A stretch of 64,000 nt of DNA, taken from IMG/VR virus record IMGVR_UViG_3300027659_000009, positions 64,001 to 128,000 of that record. One strand, 5' to 3'. The notes beneath the pieces were generated by a model. The model was not told the DNA's origin and did no database searches. It saw only the letters and a list, made by a program, of their open reading frames with translations. A program made the position numbers and the translations under genes. Position 1 is the stretch's first letter, and each line of letters opens with the position of its first letter. The stretch comes from a virus. Shown one piece after another: positions 19,864-29,160 of the stretch.

Positions 19864-19883
19864 TAGAAATAAAACTAAAAGAT

Positions 19884-20678
19884 ATGAGTTACTTAAATTT
19901 TAATGAGATTGGACAACGTTGTCCTTCGGCTTTGACACAAGAACCGTCAAACCATTTGTCGAACATTTATCGTTTCATTCCTACTACGGAAGTGATCGAT
20001 TTGTTAGGTGAGCAGGGTTGGTTACCCACACAGGCAATGCAAACTCGTTCTCGTAAGGGATATGAGTCAAAGATGCCATTTAAAAAACATATGTTACGTT
20101 TCAGAAATGAAAATAACATTAACATCGCCAGAGAGATTGGGGACACACACCCAGAAATCCTTTTGACGAATTCACACGATGGTTCATCATCGTTTAAGTT
20201 TCACGTTGGTTTATTCCGTTTGGTGTGTTCTAATGGATTGGTTATTGCCGATAAGACTTTTGATGAGTTTCGTGTAATGCACAAAGGGTTTCAAAAAGAA
20301 GACATCCTTAAAGTTGTTAATATGACAACAGAAAAAATTCCTATGGTAGTAGGTAGAGTTCAAGATATGATGTCTAAAGAAATGTCTATGACACAACAGT
20401 ACGACTTCGCTAAGATGGTTGCTGACAACTATTGGGGTGAAGATAAAATGATTGATGTGAATCAGATGCTTAAGGTTCGTAGAATTGAGGACTCTGGATC
20501 CGATTTGTGGAGTGTATTCAATAGAGTACAGGAGAATGTCTTACAAGGTGGTATTATTACAATCACACCGAAAGATAATGGTAATCTTCGTAGATCACGA
20601 AGTAGAGCAATTCGATCAATCGATCAGAACATTGAGGTTAATAAAATGTTATGGGGAATGTCAGAGTTAGTTTTGTAA
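19884..20678 (+). CDS. DUF932/DUF945 phage-plasmid protein
   Basis: NSHDGSSSF, GLFRLVCSNGL, LWSVFNRVQE. Confidence 0.9.
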   Translation: MSYLNFNEIGQRCPSALTQEPSNHLSNIYRFIPTTEVIDLLGEQGWLPTQAMQTRSRKGYESKMPFKKHMLRFRNENNINIAREIGDTHPEILLTNSHDGSSSFKFHVGLFRLVCSNGLVIADKTFDEFRVMHKGFQKEDILKVVNMTTEKIPMVVGRVQDMMSKEMSMTQQYDFAKMVADNYWGEDKMIDVNQMLKVRRIEDSGSDLWSVFNRVQENVLQGGIITITPKDNGNLRRSRSRAIRSIDQNIEVNKMLWGMSELVL

Positions 20679-20703
20679 TAGGTAGTTGTTTTTTTGTTAA
20701 AGG

Positions 20704-20730
20704 TGGGGGACTTATCCCCCATTTTTTTTT
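20704..20730 (+). terminator. Rho-independent terminator
   Basis: TGGGGGA-CTTA-TCCCCCA followed by T9. Confidence 0.85.
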
Positions 20731-20787
20731 AATATAATACTGACTTTTACAAAGAAACATATATTTATAATAAAAAAGTTTGGAATT

Positions 20788-21387
20788 ATGATAGAGTTAA
20801 TTATTGCTTTCATAACAGGTGTTATCAGCCCAATCACTATACTGTTATTTAAAAATTGGTTAGATAAGAAAAAGAAACCTGATATGGTGGCGGATACACT
20901 AGAATTAGGTGAGGTTGTGACACATAAAATAGAAGAAATTAGAGAAGAAATAGGTGCAGATAGAGTTTGGTTGATACAGTTCCACAATGGAGGACATTTT
21001 TACCCAACAGGTAAATCGATGGCAAAATTCTCAATGATATATGAAACAGTTAATATCAAAGTAAATTCTATACAAAATAATTTTCAAAATATACCTGTTA
21101 GTTTATTCTCAAAATCGATAAATGAACTATTAAAGAATGACATAATAGAGATAACCGATTTTAAAGACGAAACAGTATTGACATTTGGGTTAAAGCACAT
21201 TGGAGAAGAATATGGATGTAAATCGGGATATTTATTCTCAATAAAAACTATCGATGACAAGTTTATTGGTATATTAGGTGTAGACTATACGGGAGAGAGA
21301 AGGACACTTAGTGATGACATCATCAATAGGTTATCGGTTAAAGCAACATCAATTGGAGGTGTGTTGATGAATCATCTGAAATCGTAA
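20788..21387 (+). CDS. Single-TM plus GAF-like domain protein (T4 T-holin-like architecture)
   Basis: N-terminal TM; GADRVWLIQFHNG, SMIYE, IGILGVDY; TATTTAT at 20762. Confidence 0.6.
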   Translation: MIELIIAFITGVISPITILLFKNWLDKKKKPDMVADTLELGEVVTHKIEEIREEIGADRVWLIQFHNGGHFYPTGKSMAKFSMIYETVNIKVNSIQNNFQNIPVSLFSKSINELLKNDIIEITDFKDETVLTFGLKHIGEEYGCKSGYLFSIKTIDDKFIGILGVDYTGERRTLSDDIINRLSVKATSIGGVLMNHLKS

Positions 21388-21853
21388 ACCAGTTAGGAAC
21401 ATCTCTATTTTTCCACTTAGCAAAATCCTTTTTAAAATCAATGTAATACTTCCTATATGAAAGAATAGGGTTATTATCTATTTTACATTCATCTGGCATC
21501 GCCAATTTAAAATCTGTAACACTACCATTCTCTTTGATATTAGGTATGTTTAGAAGACACCATTCGATTATCTCTTGTGACTTATGTTTCTTACCATAAC
21601 GGTAAGTATATTCCTCACACAACTCTAAACCTAAATCACACAACCAAACATAGTTTTCAACACACTCTCTAGCCCAAATGGAACAAGGGTGATTTTTATG
21701 TGATAGTTTATATGAGATCATACGTTGACTATCAGTCATATGGTGTACACCACATAAAAGTTGTGCCGTCTCTAAAATCATTTTTACTACGTGTTTATCA
21801 CAGTGCATCTGCGCACACGACTTAGGGTCGTAATCCAAAACAAAAATATTCAT
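21338..21853 (-). CDS. Pyrimidine-dimer DNA glycosylase / endonuclease V-like
   Basis: MNIF.LD, HCDKHVVKMILETAQLL, HKNHPCSIW, EY.YRYGK.H. Confidence 0.85.
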   Translation of the reverse strand: MNIFVLDYDPKSCAQMHCDKHVVKMILETAQLLCGVHHMTDSQRMISYKLSHKNHPCSIWARECVENYVWLCDLGLELCEEYTYRYGKKHKSQEIIEWCLLNIPNIKENGSVTDFKLAMPDECKIDNNPILSYRKYYIDFKKDFAKWKNRDVPNWFTISDDSSTHLQLMLL

Positions 21854-21855
21854 AG

Positions 21856-22065
21856 TTACAAATTTACAATTTCTTCTTCCACTACACCATCGTTGATTCT
21901 GTAGTAACTTCCAGTTTTCCTAACTTCACCTTCTTTAATACCAATTAATCCTTCCCATTTTCCATCAGGAAATTTGCATAGGTAAAATTTTGTAAATTGA
22001 TCACCGTGTGTTTTTTCTAAAACAGTCTTTAATTCTAATATTAACTCACTTACAGTCTTTTCCAT
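21856..22065 (-). CDS. Hypothetical protein
   Basis: Minus-strand promoter-like motifs at 22080-22121. Confidence 0.6.
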   Translation of the reverse strand: MEKTVSELILELKTVLEKTHGDQFTKFYLCKFPDGKWEGLIGIKEGEVRKTGSYYRINDGVVEEEIVNL

Positions 22066-22162
22066 AAAACATTTATTTTATAAATATCAACAAATATACT
22101 ATTAATTTTTAAAAATACAAACGATTATTGATTTTTTTAATAAAAATCCATATAATTGTAAT

Positions 22163-22582
22163 ATGGAAAATGAAGGAGTAACAAACTCAGTGATTAGATT
22201 CATTAATAAAAATGGTGAACTAACTCCACAATACTTATCCGATATGAAAGATAAAATATCTGTGTTAAGGGATTTAAGGGAAAAGATTGATAGTGCGTTG
22301 GATAGACTAAAAATTAATATCATAAAAAGTAGTACACACTTATTAATTGATAAGATACATAGAGGTGATATTGAAACCAGTTTAAAAATTTTAGAGAACA
22401 CTAGAGATAGATCAGTATTTTATGATTTCATCACATTATTTGATGAGTTAGTAGTATTAAATGAACAGTATCTACAAAAGTATGAGAATGAATATTCAGA
22501 TATTAAAGACATTAAAGATAATTTGGGGTTGAATGATTATAAATTGTACAAAATAATTAATGAGATAAGTTTGGATAAGTAA
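22163..22582 (+). CDS. Hypothetical protein
   Basis: ORF only. Confidence 0.6.
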   Translation: MENEGVTNSVIRFINKNGELTPQYLSDMKDKISVLRDLREKIDSALDRLKINIIKSSTHLLIDKIHRGDIETSLKILENTRDRSVFYDFITLFDELVVLNEQYLQKYENEYSDIKDIKDNLGLNDYKLYKIINEISLDK

Positions 22583-22601
22583 AATATTATTTCTATATTT
22601 G
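22570..22601 (+). promoter_or_regulatory. Bacteroidota housekeeping-type promoter
   Basis: TTTG-N20-TATATTTG heading the operon that ends in IMPDH. Confidence 0.7.
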
Positions 22602-22618
22602 TTTCAAATAACACAATT

Positions 22619-22894
22619 ATGGAAAATAATCCTTTGAAAAGTGAAAGAGTGAAAAAGTTTTTAGAGAAGTTTTATCCATCCAAAACAGATAAATTAGGAT
22701 TACCTTCTTTAATTACAGTAAATGATAGAGATCATACATTGACTTGTTCTATCGATAGATCTTATTTGAAAAGAATTATAATTGTAGAACTAATAAAAAA
22801 TTTTGGTTATGATAAGGAACAATCCAATACCATTGCGGAGTTCTATTGTGACGAAAAATATGAAATTTATAAAAAAATAATATTATCGTTATGA
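22619..22894 (+). CDS. Hypothetical protein
   Basis: First ORF of an overlapping operon. Confidence 0.6.
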   Translation: MENNPLKSERVKKFLEKFYPSKTDKLGLPSLITVNDRDHTLTCSIDRSYLKRIIIVELIKNFGYDKEQSNTIAEFYCDEKYEIYKKIILSL

Positions 22895-23214
22895 AAGATT
22901 TTTATTTTTCAGATGAAGAAGATGAAAAAAATTTTTTAAAAAATCAAAAATGGTTAATACATAGTTTGATTATTGAAGGAGTGAAACAGTCAATCAAAGA
23001 AAGGTTAGATGAAATAGTTTTATTTAGGATTATCAACCCAATCAGTAACTTTATTATGGTTTCAGAATTAAAGAAGGATGATTGGGAATCTAGTCTTAGT
23101 AAAAGTTTAGAGTATTTTGAATCTGTTGAGGAGTATGAGAAGTGTGCGGACATTAAAAAACTTTTAAAAAAAATAAAAAATGGGAATAATAGAATTATTG
23201 AAGGCAAAAAATAA
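22891..23214 (+). CDS. Protein with C-terminal UVR-like motif
   Basis: YFESVEEYEKCADIKKLL. Confidence 0.6.
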   Translation: MKDFYFSDEEDEKNFLKNQKWLIHSLIIEGVKQSIKERLDEIVLFRIINPISNFIMVSELKKDDWESSLSKSLEYFESVEEYEKCADIKKLLKKIKNGNNRIIEGKK

Positions 23215-23371
23215 ATGTGTTAGAGTTATTGAAAGTTGTATTACATTAGAACAACTTAAGGTTGCCAAAAAATATGCAGAACTTTACAATAAAAAGTATG
23301 AAGACTTTTTGGGTTATAATATGTTAATAAGAAAAATAAATAAAAATGAAGAGAGCCTTAACTTACGATGA
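23180..23371 (+). CDS. Hypothetical protein
   Basis: VIESCITLEQL..AKKY motif; overlapping operon. Confidence 0.6.
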   Translation: MGIIELLKAKNKCVRVIESCITLEQLKVAKKYAELYNKKYEDFLGYNMLIRKINKNEESLNLR

Positions 23372-24416
23372 TATTCTATTAGTACCTAAGTACTCAGAAA
23401 TAGAAACCAGAGGTAGTATTAATTTAACCACATTGGTTAGTAGAAGATATGGAATCCTACAACCATATGTCGCATCTTGTATGGATACAGTATGTGGGTA
23501 TGAGATGGCAATTAAAATGGTTGAATTAGGTGGTGTTGGTTGTATACATAGATTTATGACTGTTGACAAACAATGTGAACAAGTATCTAAAGTTTTGGAA
23601 TATATAACTAATAACCATATGTACGAAGAATGGGGAGTTATGTACGATGATTGGCACTCAGAAATTCCCAATATCCCAGTTATGGCTGCGGTAGGTATTA
23701 GTGAGTCTGACATTGAACGTGCTAAACGATTGGTAAGTTGTGGGGTTAATATCATTCTGATTGATGTGGCTCACGGACATCATATAAATGTTAAAAAGAT
23801 GATAAAGTCTTTAAGGGAATCACTACCTTCTAAAGTTGATATCATTGCGGGTAACATTTCTACTGAAGAATCGGCAATTGATTTATGTGAGTGGGGTGTC
23901 GATGGATTAAGAGTTGGTATTGGCGGTGGTAGTTTGTGTACCACCAGAATTCAAACAGGTCACGGTGTACCCAATATAACATCTATAATTGATTGTGTTA
24001 AGGGATCTAAAGTACCTGTTATGGCGGATGGTGGTATCAGAAGTAGTGGTGACATTGCAAAGGCATTATCAATTGGTGCAGATTGTGTAATGTTAGGTTC
24101 ACTATTGGCTGGCACCAAAGAATCACCAGGTAAAATTATTACGAATGGTGATGGAATTCTATGTAAAAAATATAGAGGTTCCGCTAGTTTAGAAACTAAA
24201 TCATCTCACGGTCAATCAACAAAACACGTAGAGGGTGAGTCTACATTAATACCTTATAAAGGTAGTGTTGATATTGTTATAGAGAAATTAACAGATGGTG
24301 TTAAGTCAGCACTTTCTTATAGTGGATCAAACACTATCAAAACTTTCCAATTAAAATCTGAGATAGTTGAGATTACACCATCTGGTATGGTAGAGTCTAA
24401 ACCACACTTGCTTTGA
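23346..24416 (+). CDS. guaB: IMP dehydrogenase / GMP reductase (no CBS domains)
   Basis: LTYDDILLVP, MDTV, IDVAHGH, GIGGGSLCTTR, ADGGI, VEG. GuaB versus GuaC cannot be resolved by eye. Confidence 0.85.
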   Translation: MKRALTYDDILLVPKYSEIETRGSINLTTLVSRRYGILQPYVASCMDTVCGYEMAIKMVELGGVGCIHRFMTVDKQCEQVSKVLEYITNNHMYEEWGVMYDDWHSEIPNIPVMAAVGISESDIERAKRLVSCGVNIILIDVAHGHHINVKKMIKSLRESLPSKVDIIAGNISTEESAIDLCEWGVDGLRVGIGGGSLCTTRIQTGHGVPNITSIIDCVKGSKVPVMADGGIRSSGDIAKALSIGADCVMLGSLLAGTKESPGKIITNGDGILCKKYRGSASLETKSSHGQSTKHVEGESTLIPYKGSVDIVIEKLTDGVKSALSYSGSNTIKTFQLKSEIVEITPSGMVESKPHLL

Positions 24417-24435
24417 AAAATGGGACTTAAGGAAG

Positions 24436-25227
24436 TTATAGTTCTTCTAAATTAATAATTTTAGAACCCAAACCCTTATTCTTTAACGTAATTTCTTCTT
24501 CGTGTGGGAATAGAATGTTATTAGATAACGTTTCTAAAACATCCATATTAGTTTTGTCGACATCTACAGTCACTAAAAATACTTTATCACCCATACAACT
24601 ACCTTGTATGGATCCTCTACCGTAGTGATTTTTAACTAAATTATTTTTGTTAAGTGAATAGTGTGAACCAACATATTCCTTATCTATGTTGACTATATCA
24701 TCACTACATACTATTCTATATAATCTTAGAGTTTTTGGTAAACTATTTAAATACGAAACTAAGTCAATTAAATCATCCTTTGCACTTTCTTCATCATAAC
24801 CCATATTTTCATAATCTGAAAGTAAATCATTAATCTCTGTTTTACTTAGTTTATATTTTTTACTATTATCTACATTTTCATTTATAGTATCATTTGGAAG
24901 TAATGGTTCGTAATATTTTTTATAGATTTCAGGCATCAAAAAATATAAAACAAATTCTAATGGTGAATCAGAATTTTCAGTAACTTTAAAATCGTCATAT
25001 GCTATACCAATTAATATAGAGAAAACACTTCCAATCTGCCCAAAATTGAGGTGTTTAAACTTTAATACGTTTTCTAAAAAATTATAATCAACCTTTAAGG
25101 GAGTCCTAACACATTTACTTTTAGTATTACATATGTTAATGAGATTATCCTCATCTAAATAGGTATATTTATTTACTATAAATTTACTTAGTTTTTTGTA
25201 GTATTTTGGATAGTTTTTTTCGTTCAT
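24436..25227 (-). CDS. Two-domain protein with C-terminal ADP-ribosyltransferase-like (R-S-E) domain
   Basis: After INE: LRLYR, GSHYS, EEEITL; minus-strand TATTTAT at 25256-25262. Confidence 0.55.
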   Translation of the reverse strand: MNEKNYPKYYKKLSKFIVNKYTYLDEDNLINICNTKSKCVRTPLKVDYNFLENVLKFKHLNFGQIGSVFSILIGIAYDDFKVTENSDSPLEFVLYFLMPEIYKKYYEPLLPNDTINENVDNSKKYKLSKTEINDLLSDYENMGYDEESAKDDLIDLVSYLNSLPKTLRLYRIVCSDDIVNIDKEYVGSHYSLNKNNLVKNHYGRGSIQGSCMGDKVFLVTVDVDKTNMDVLETLSNNILFPHEEEITLKNKGLGSKIINLEEL

Positions 25228-25292
25228 TTCGTTTAAAAATACTTTATATATTAAAATAAATATCTATAATTGTAATAAAATGGTGTATAAAT

Positions 25293-25706
25293 ATGGAGAT
25301 TCTTAACACTCACCCAATTAAAAAATCCGACTTAGGGTTTCACGGAAATTTATTTGGTGGGAAATTGTTGGCTTGGATAGATGCCTCTGCTGCAGGTTAT
25401 GCGATGCAACTATGTGATACACCCAGAATGGTTACCGTCAGTATTGATCAATGTAATTTTGAGAAACCAGTCAAAGAAAGTCAATTACTTAAGATATATG
25501 CTAAACCGACTAAAGTTGGTACTACATCGGTGACTATTTATATGGAGGCTAGGGCACATAATGTTTATACAGGTAAACAAGATTTAGTACTTAAAACTAA
25601 CATCACTTTTGTTCAAATAGACGAGGGTGCTAACCCAATACCTTTAGGTGAAAAGGCTAAAAAACGTATAAAAAATATGTTTGATACAGAAACATCTGAA
25701 AAGTAA
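25293..25706 (+). CDS. Acyl-CoA thioesterase (hotdog fold, YciA-like)
   Basis: HGNLFGGKLLAWID, MVTV, VGTTS, TFVQID. Confidence 0.9.
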   Translation: MEILNTHPIKKSDLGFHGNLFGGKLLAWIDASAAGYAMQLCDTPRMVTVSIDQCNFEKPVKESQLLKIYAKPTKVGTTSVTIYMEARAHNVYTGKQDLVLKTNITFVQIDEGANPIPLGEKAKKRIKNMFDTETSEK

Positions 25707-25715
25707 TTTATATTA

Positions 25716-25747
25716 TTTGTTTTTCATAAAAAAATATACTATATTTG
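25716..25747 (+). promoter_or_regulatory. Bacteroidota housekeeping-type promoter
   Basis: TTTG-N20-TATATTTG upstream of the ECF sigma. Confidence 0.7.
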
Positions 25748-25769
25748 TCTAAATAATAAAAAAATAAAA

Positions 25770-26279
25770 ATGGATGTAGAGGAAATTAATTTTAGTAGTC
25801 GTTCTCAGTTAAAATTTTATGACGAACATAAAGATTTGGCTTATCAGACTGTTAAGAAATATCTTAAGGATGACTTTGACATTGACGATGTAGTACAATC
25901 TGGATTTATGAAAATATTCACCAAACCTGAACACATAAATAATAGAAAAAATTTAAGAGGTTATCTTTATGTAATGTTTAAGAATCGTTCAATAGATTTT
26001 ATCAGAAATAAAAAATATAATGTCGAATATGTTGATAGTATAACTGGTGATATTATTGAAGGTGTTGAATATAAAGAAGAGATGTTATCTGATATTGAGA
26101 TTGAGATGTATAAACTTAGTCCTACGTACCATTTAGTTTTTAAATGTTATCATATAGAAAATATGTCACATAAAGATATATCAGAAAAATTAGGTATATG
26201 TGAAGGTACTTCTAAATCTAATTTACATAGGGCTACTAAAAAAATACAAAAAAAATTAAAAGATAAAATATATGAATAA
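25770..26279 (+). CDS. ECF-type RNA polymerase sigma factor
   Basis: Region 2 DDVVQ..F.KI..N.SID.IR; region 4 MSHKDISEKLGICEGTSKSNLHRA. Confidence 0.9.
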   Translation: MDVEEINFSSRSQLKFYDEHKDLAYQTVKKYLKDDFDIDDVVQSGFMKIFTKPEHINNRKNLRGYLYVMFKNRSIDFIRNKKYNVEYVDSITGDIIEGVEYKEEMLSDIEIEMYKLSPTYHLVFKCYHIENMSHKDISEKLGICEGTSKSNLHRATKKIQKKLKDKIYE

Positions 26280-26397
26280 AATGTTAATTATCGTAGGGAT
26301 ACTTTTATTAAGTTCTTGCGCATCTACAAAAAAAACCGAATGTGAAGCATACGGTAAAAGTACTGAAACAAAAATAGAATCTAATAAGTCAAAATAA
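26272..26397 (+). CDS. 41-aa lipoprotein MNKMLIIVGILLLSSCASTKKTECEAY... (not in ORF track)
   Basis: Signal peptide with LSSC lipobox; overlaps the sigma stop codon. Confidence 0.7.
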   Translation: MNKMLIIVGILLLSSCASTKKTECEAYGKSTETKIESNKSK

Positions 26398-26401
26398 AAA
26401 T

Positions 26402-26641
26402 ATGATAGATAAAATTTTAGAATGGTTTCCTGAAGAAGATATTCTTAAGGCAGATGGTTTCGATGAGGCAATCATAGGTATTGAAACTAATGAAATGAGG
26501 TTAATTTACTCAGTCAGTAAGTGTATACAAATACTATGTAGAGATATGAACGAAGAGGAGGCAGTAGAATTCTTCGACTTCAATGTAAGAGGTAGTTACG
26601 TTGGTGATAAAACACCAATATGGTGTGTAGATGATCTTTAA
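26402..26641 (+). CDS. Conserved phage hypothetical protein
   Basis: ADGFDEAIIG, EEAVEFFDFN..GSYVG..TPI. Confidence 0.75.
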   Translation: MIDKILEWFPEEDILKADGFDEAIIGIETNEMRLIYSVSKCIQILCRDMNEEEAVEFFDFNVRGSYVGDKTPIWCVDDL

Positions 26642-26760
26642 ATAAACGTTAGACTTTGATTCAGTTTGGGTTAATAGTTGTAAATTTTTTAGTATTAAAT
26701 AATTATTTTACGATTTTAAGATATTTATAGGATAATAATATACAACTAAAAAAAACTATT

Positions 26761-26931
26761 ATGAGTAAAGAACAAATTTTGGGACTTATTAGACACATCT
26801 TAACTTCTGTTGGTGGTGCGATATTAATGTTAGGTTATTTTGATGAGACATTGGTTACTGAGGTAACAGGTGGATTGATGACTGCGATTGGTTTCGTATG
26901 GTCAGTTATAGACAAGCATAAAGCGTCTTAA
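26761..26931 (+). CDS. 56-aa two-TM putative holin (Pam3 gp28-like; not in ORF track)
   Basis: MSKEQILGLIRHILTSVGG...IGFVWSVIDK; TATTTAT at 26722; terminator follows. Confidence 0.7.
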   Translation: MSKEQILGLIRHILTSVGGAILMLGYFDETLVTEVTGGLMTAIGFVWSVIDKHKAS

Positions 26932-27018
26932 GAATAAAAAAGTCATATTTTTTAAATCCATATGAAAGTGTGGATTTTTTATTTTTATGTGGTATTTATA
27001 TGTATTAACTTATTATAA

Positions 27019-27498
27019 ATGGAAAATTTAAATGAAGAACTGAAAAGAATCAAAAAATTAATGTTATTTGAGTCTTCTGAAGTTAAAGATGATACTGAAA
27101 CAGATACTGAGGAAACTGAAGACGTTACTAACGATTCTGATCCAGGTGATAAAAATTTTATAATTCATGATGATACTACTATAAAAGTTTCTGGTGGTTG
27201 GTTAAAGGATAATAAAAACAGAATTGGTTGTGTTAAAGTTGATGCTGGTTGGTTGGGTGGTACTTTTGCACAAGGCATAAAAAAATTAATCCAAAGGTTG
27301 AAAGGTAATGTTGTTGCAATGCCACAGAATGCAATTGATTTATACGATGAAATTGAATTAAGTAAGTCTGAGAAAGAAATTTTAATAAAAAAATGGAAAG
27401 ATAATGAGGTTTTTGTTAAAAAACAGAATGGTGCGGAAATTCATATAGGTAGATCAAAGGAATTAACAAACTTCTGTAAAAAAGAGTGGGCTAAATAA
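27019..27498 (+). CDS. Class B leader protein
   Basis: Starts MENLNEELKRIKKLMLFE; TATTTAT at 26993. Confidence 0.75.
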   Translation: MENLNEELKRIKKLMLFESSEVKDDTETDTEETEDVTNDSDPGDKNFIIHDDTTIKVSGGWLKDNKNRIGCVKVDAGWLGGTFAQGIKKLIQRLKGNVVAMPQNAIDLYDEIELSKSEKEILIKKWKDNEVFVKKQNGAEIHIGRSKELTNFCKKEWAK

Positions 27499-27513
27499 CA
27501 TATTACAACATTT

Positions 27514-28044
27514 ATGAAAGATATAATAAAAAAAATATTAAAAGAAGAGGTTGACCCTAAAAAAGATAAATTTGATAGATATATTATCAACACCCTTAAA
27601 AAGGAAGGTTTTAACCCATCAACAGACTACATTAAAGTTGTACAATTTTTAAAAAATAATTTTGCCTTAAGTGGTATGGATGCATTTGAGATGTTTCAAT
27701 TATACCTTAACAATTTCAAAAGTGATATTGAATATGGTGATTTAAATAGAACTGTCAATTATAGTAAAAAAATTAAATCCGCTAATAATAGTGCTAAAGA
27801 TTTAGTTTCTAGTAAAATACCGTTTAAAGGTAGTAATACACATGCGGAATACGTTGGTAACACATATGTAGTATATTCATATAATTGGTACCCTATATTT
27901 GTATTTAAGGATGGGCAATGGTTTGAGAATGAAAATAGATATTCAAGTTCAACCGCCAAACAAATGAGTCAACTGAGACCAAATGGGCAAGGTGAAATAC
28001 TTTACGCACCTAAGTCTAAATTAAGTGATATAATAAATAGTTAA
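27514..28044 (+). CDS. Class C leader protein
   Basis: Starts MKDIIKKILKEE; C-domain YVVYSY..PI...WFEN..YS.ST.KQ. Confidence 0.75.
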   Translation: MKDIIKKILKEEVDPKKDKFDRYIINTLKKEGFNPSTDYIKVVQFLKNNFALSGMDAFEMFQLYLNNFKSDIEYGDLNRTVNYSKKIKSANNSAKDLVSSKIPFKGSNTHAEYVGNTYVVYSYNWYPIFVFKDGQWFENENRYSSSTAKQMSQLRPNGQGEILYAPKSKLSDIINS

Positions 28045-28045
28045 T

Positions 28046-28864
28046 ATGGAAAACTTAAATGAAGAAATAAGTCGTATTAAATCTATTATGGGTGTGATTA
28101 CTGAATCGGAAAAATTTGGTATGAGTGACACATTTAAGAAGTTAAAAAAGACCGTTAAGGTTTTAAAAGAAAAGAATAAAGTATTAATATTATCTTGTTC
28201 TAATAGATATCAGTTTGATTCTAAAAATTTAGATATACCTAAATCTAAATTGTTGGCAATGTACATACAAGAAGAATTAGGGGATAAGGCAACTTTTATT
28301 GATATTACGGAATTAAAAATTTTACCTTGTGAAGGTAATGTTTCCAGATCAGAAGGTAACTCTTGTGGACTATTAAAGGCATTACTTAAAGATAAAACAA
28401 AAAACCCATCAGGAAATCACAGATGTTGGGTTAATATTAACGAACCGTCTGATGAACTTTGGAAAATCAGTAAGGAATTGTTTGAGTCTGACGCAGTTGT
28501 ATTCTTTTCATCTGTTAGATGGGGACAAACAAATATGTATTACCAAAACCTAATCGAAAGATTAACTTGGATTCAAAATAGACATACTACCTTAGGTGAA
28601 TCAAATCTTATTAAAGACATTGAGTCTGGATATATATGTGTTGGACAGAATTGGAATGGTGCAAATGTAATTGAAACACAAAAGGGTGTTCACCATTATT
28701 ATGGTTTTAAAGTGAATGAAGACTTATATTGGAACTGGCAATATACACAAGATGCTGATGATGAAACACAAAAATCTTATAAGGCATCACATAACAAATT
28801 TTTAAAGGACACTAAGATACCTGAAGAATTTGTCGAAGAGAATGAAAGCCCAAAGAAAAAATAA
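28046..28864 (+). CDS. Class B leader fused to flavodoxin-like (NADPH-dependent FMN reductase-like) domain
   Basis: MENLNEEISRIKSIMGVITE, then ILSCSNR, PCEG, SDAVVF.S.VRWG, LIERL. Confidence 0.75.
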   Translation: MENLNEEISRIKSIMGVITESEKFGMSDTFKKLKKTVKVLKEKNKVLILSCSNRYQFDSKNLDIPKSKLLAMYIQEELGDKATFIDITELKILPCEGNVSRSEGNSCGLLKALLKDKTKNPSGNHRCWVNINEPSDELWKISKELFESDAVVFFSSVRWGQTNMYYQNLIERLTWIQNRHTTLGESNLIKDIESGYICVGQNWNGANVIETQKGVHHYYGFKVNEDLYWNWQYTQDADDETQKSYKASHNKFLKDTKIPEEFVEENESPKKK

Positions 28865-28871
28865 TTACAAC

Positions 28872-28895
28872 AAACCCACTTAGTTGGGTTTTTTT
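28872..28895 (+). terminator. Rho-independent terminator
   Basis: AAACCCA..TGGGTTT followed by a T run. Confidence 0.7.
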
Positions 28896-28896
28896 A

Positions 28897-28928
28897 TTTG
28901 ACATTGTTAAATATAATCAATATATTTG
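28897..28928 (+). promoter_or_regulatory. Bacteroidota-type promoter with TTGACATTGT extension
   Basis: TTTG(ACATTGT)-N20-TATATTTG. Confidence 0.7.
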
Positions 28929-28932
28929 ACAT

Positions 28933-29160
28933 ATGGAAAACAATGAGGTATACGAAGAATTAGAAAATTTTGAGAATGTTAGATACAGAATGAAAAATGA
29001 AGGTATCGATTACTGTTTTAAACATTACTCTAATTTTGAAGAGATTAAAGACGAAAAGTTTCATGAACTTAGGAATAAATTCTTAACATCAATAGATGGG
29101 ATCCAAAATTATGTGGATGGTAAAATAAACGAATTAAATGATAAGATAAATGAAATATAA
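28933..29160 (+). CDS. Hypothetical protein
   Basis: EGIDYCF..YS.FEEI.D.KFH motif. Confidence 0.65.
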   Translation: MENNEVYEELENFENVRYRMKNEGIDYCFKHYSNFEEIKDEKFHELRNKFLTSIDGIQNYVDGKINELNDKINEI

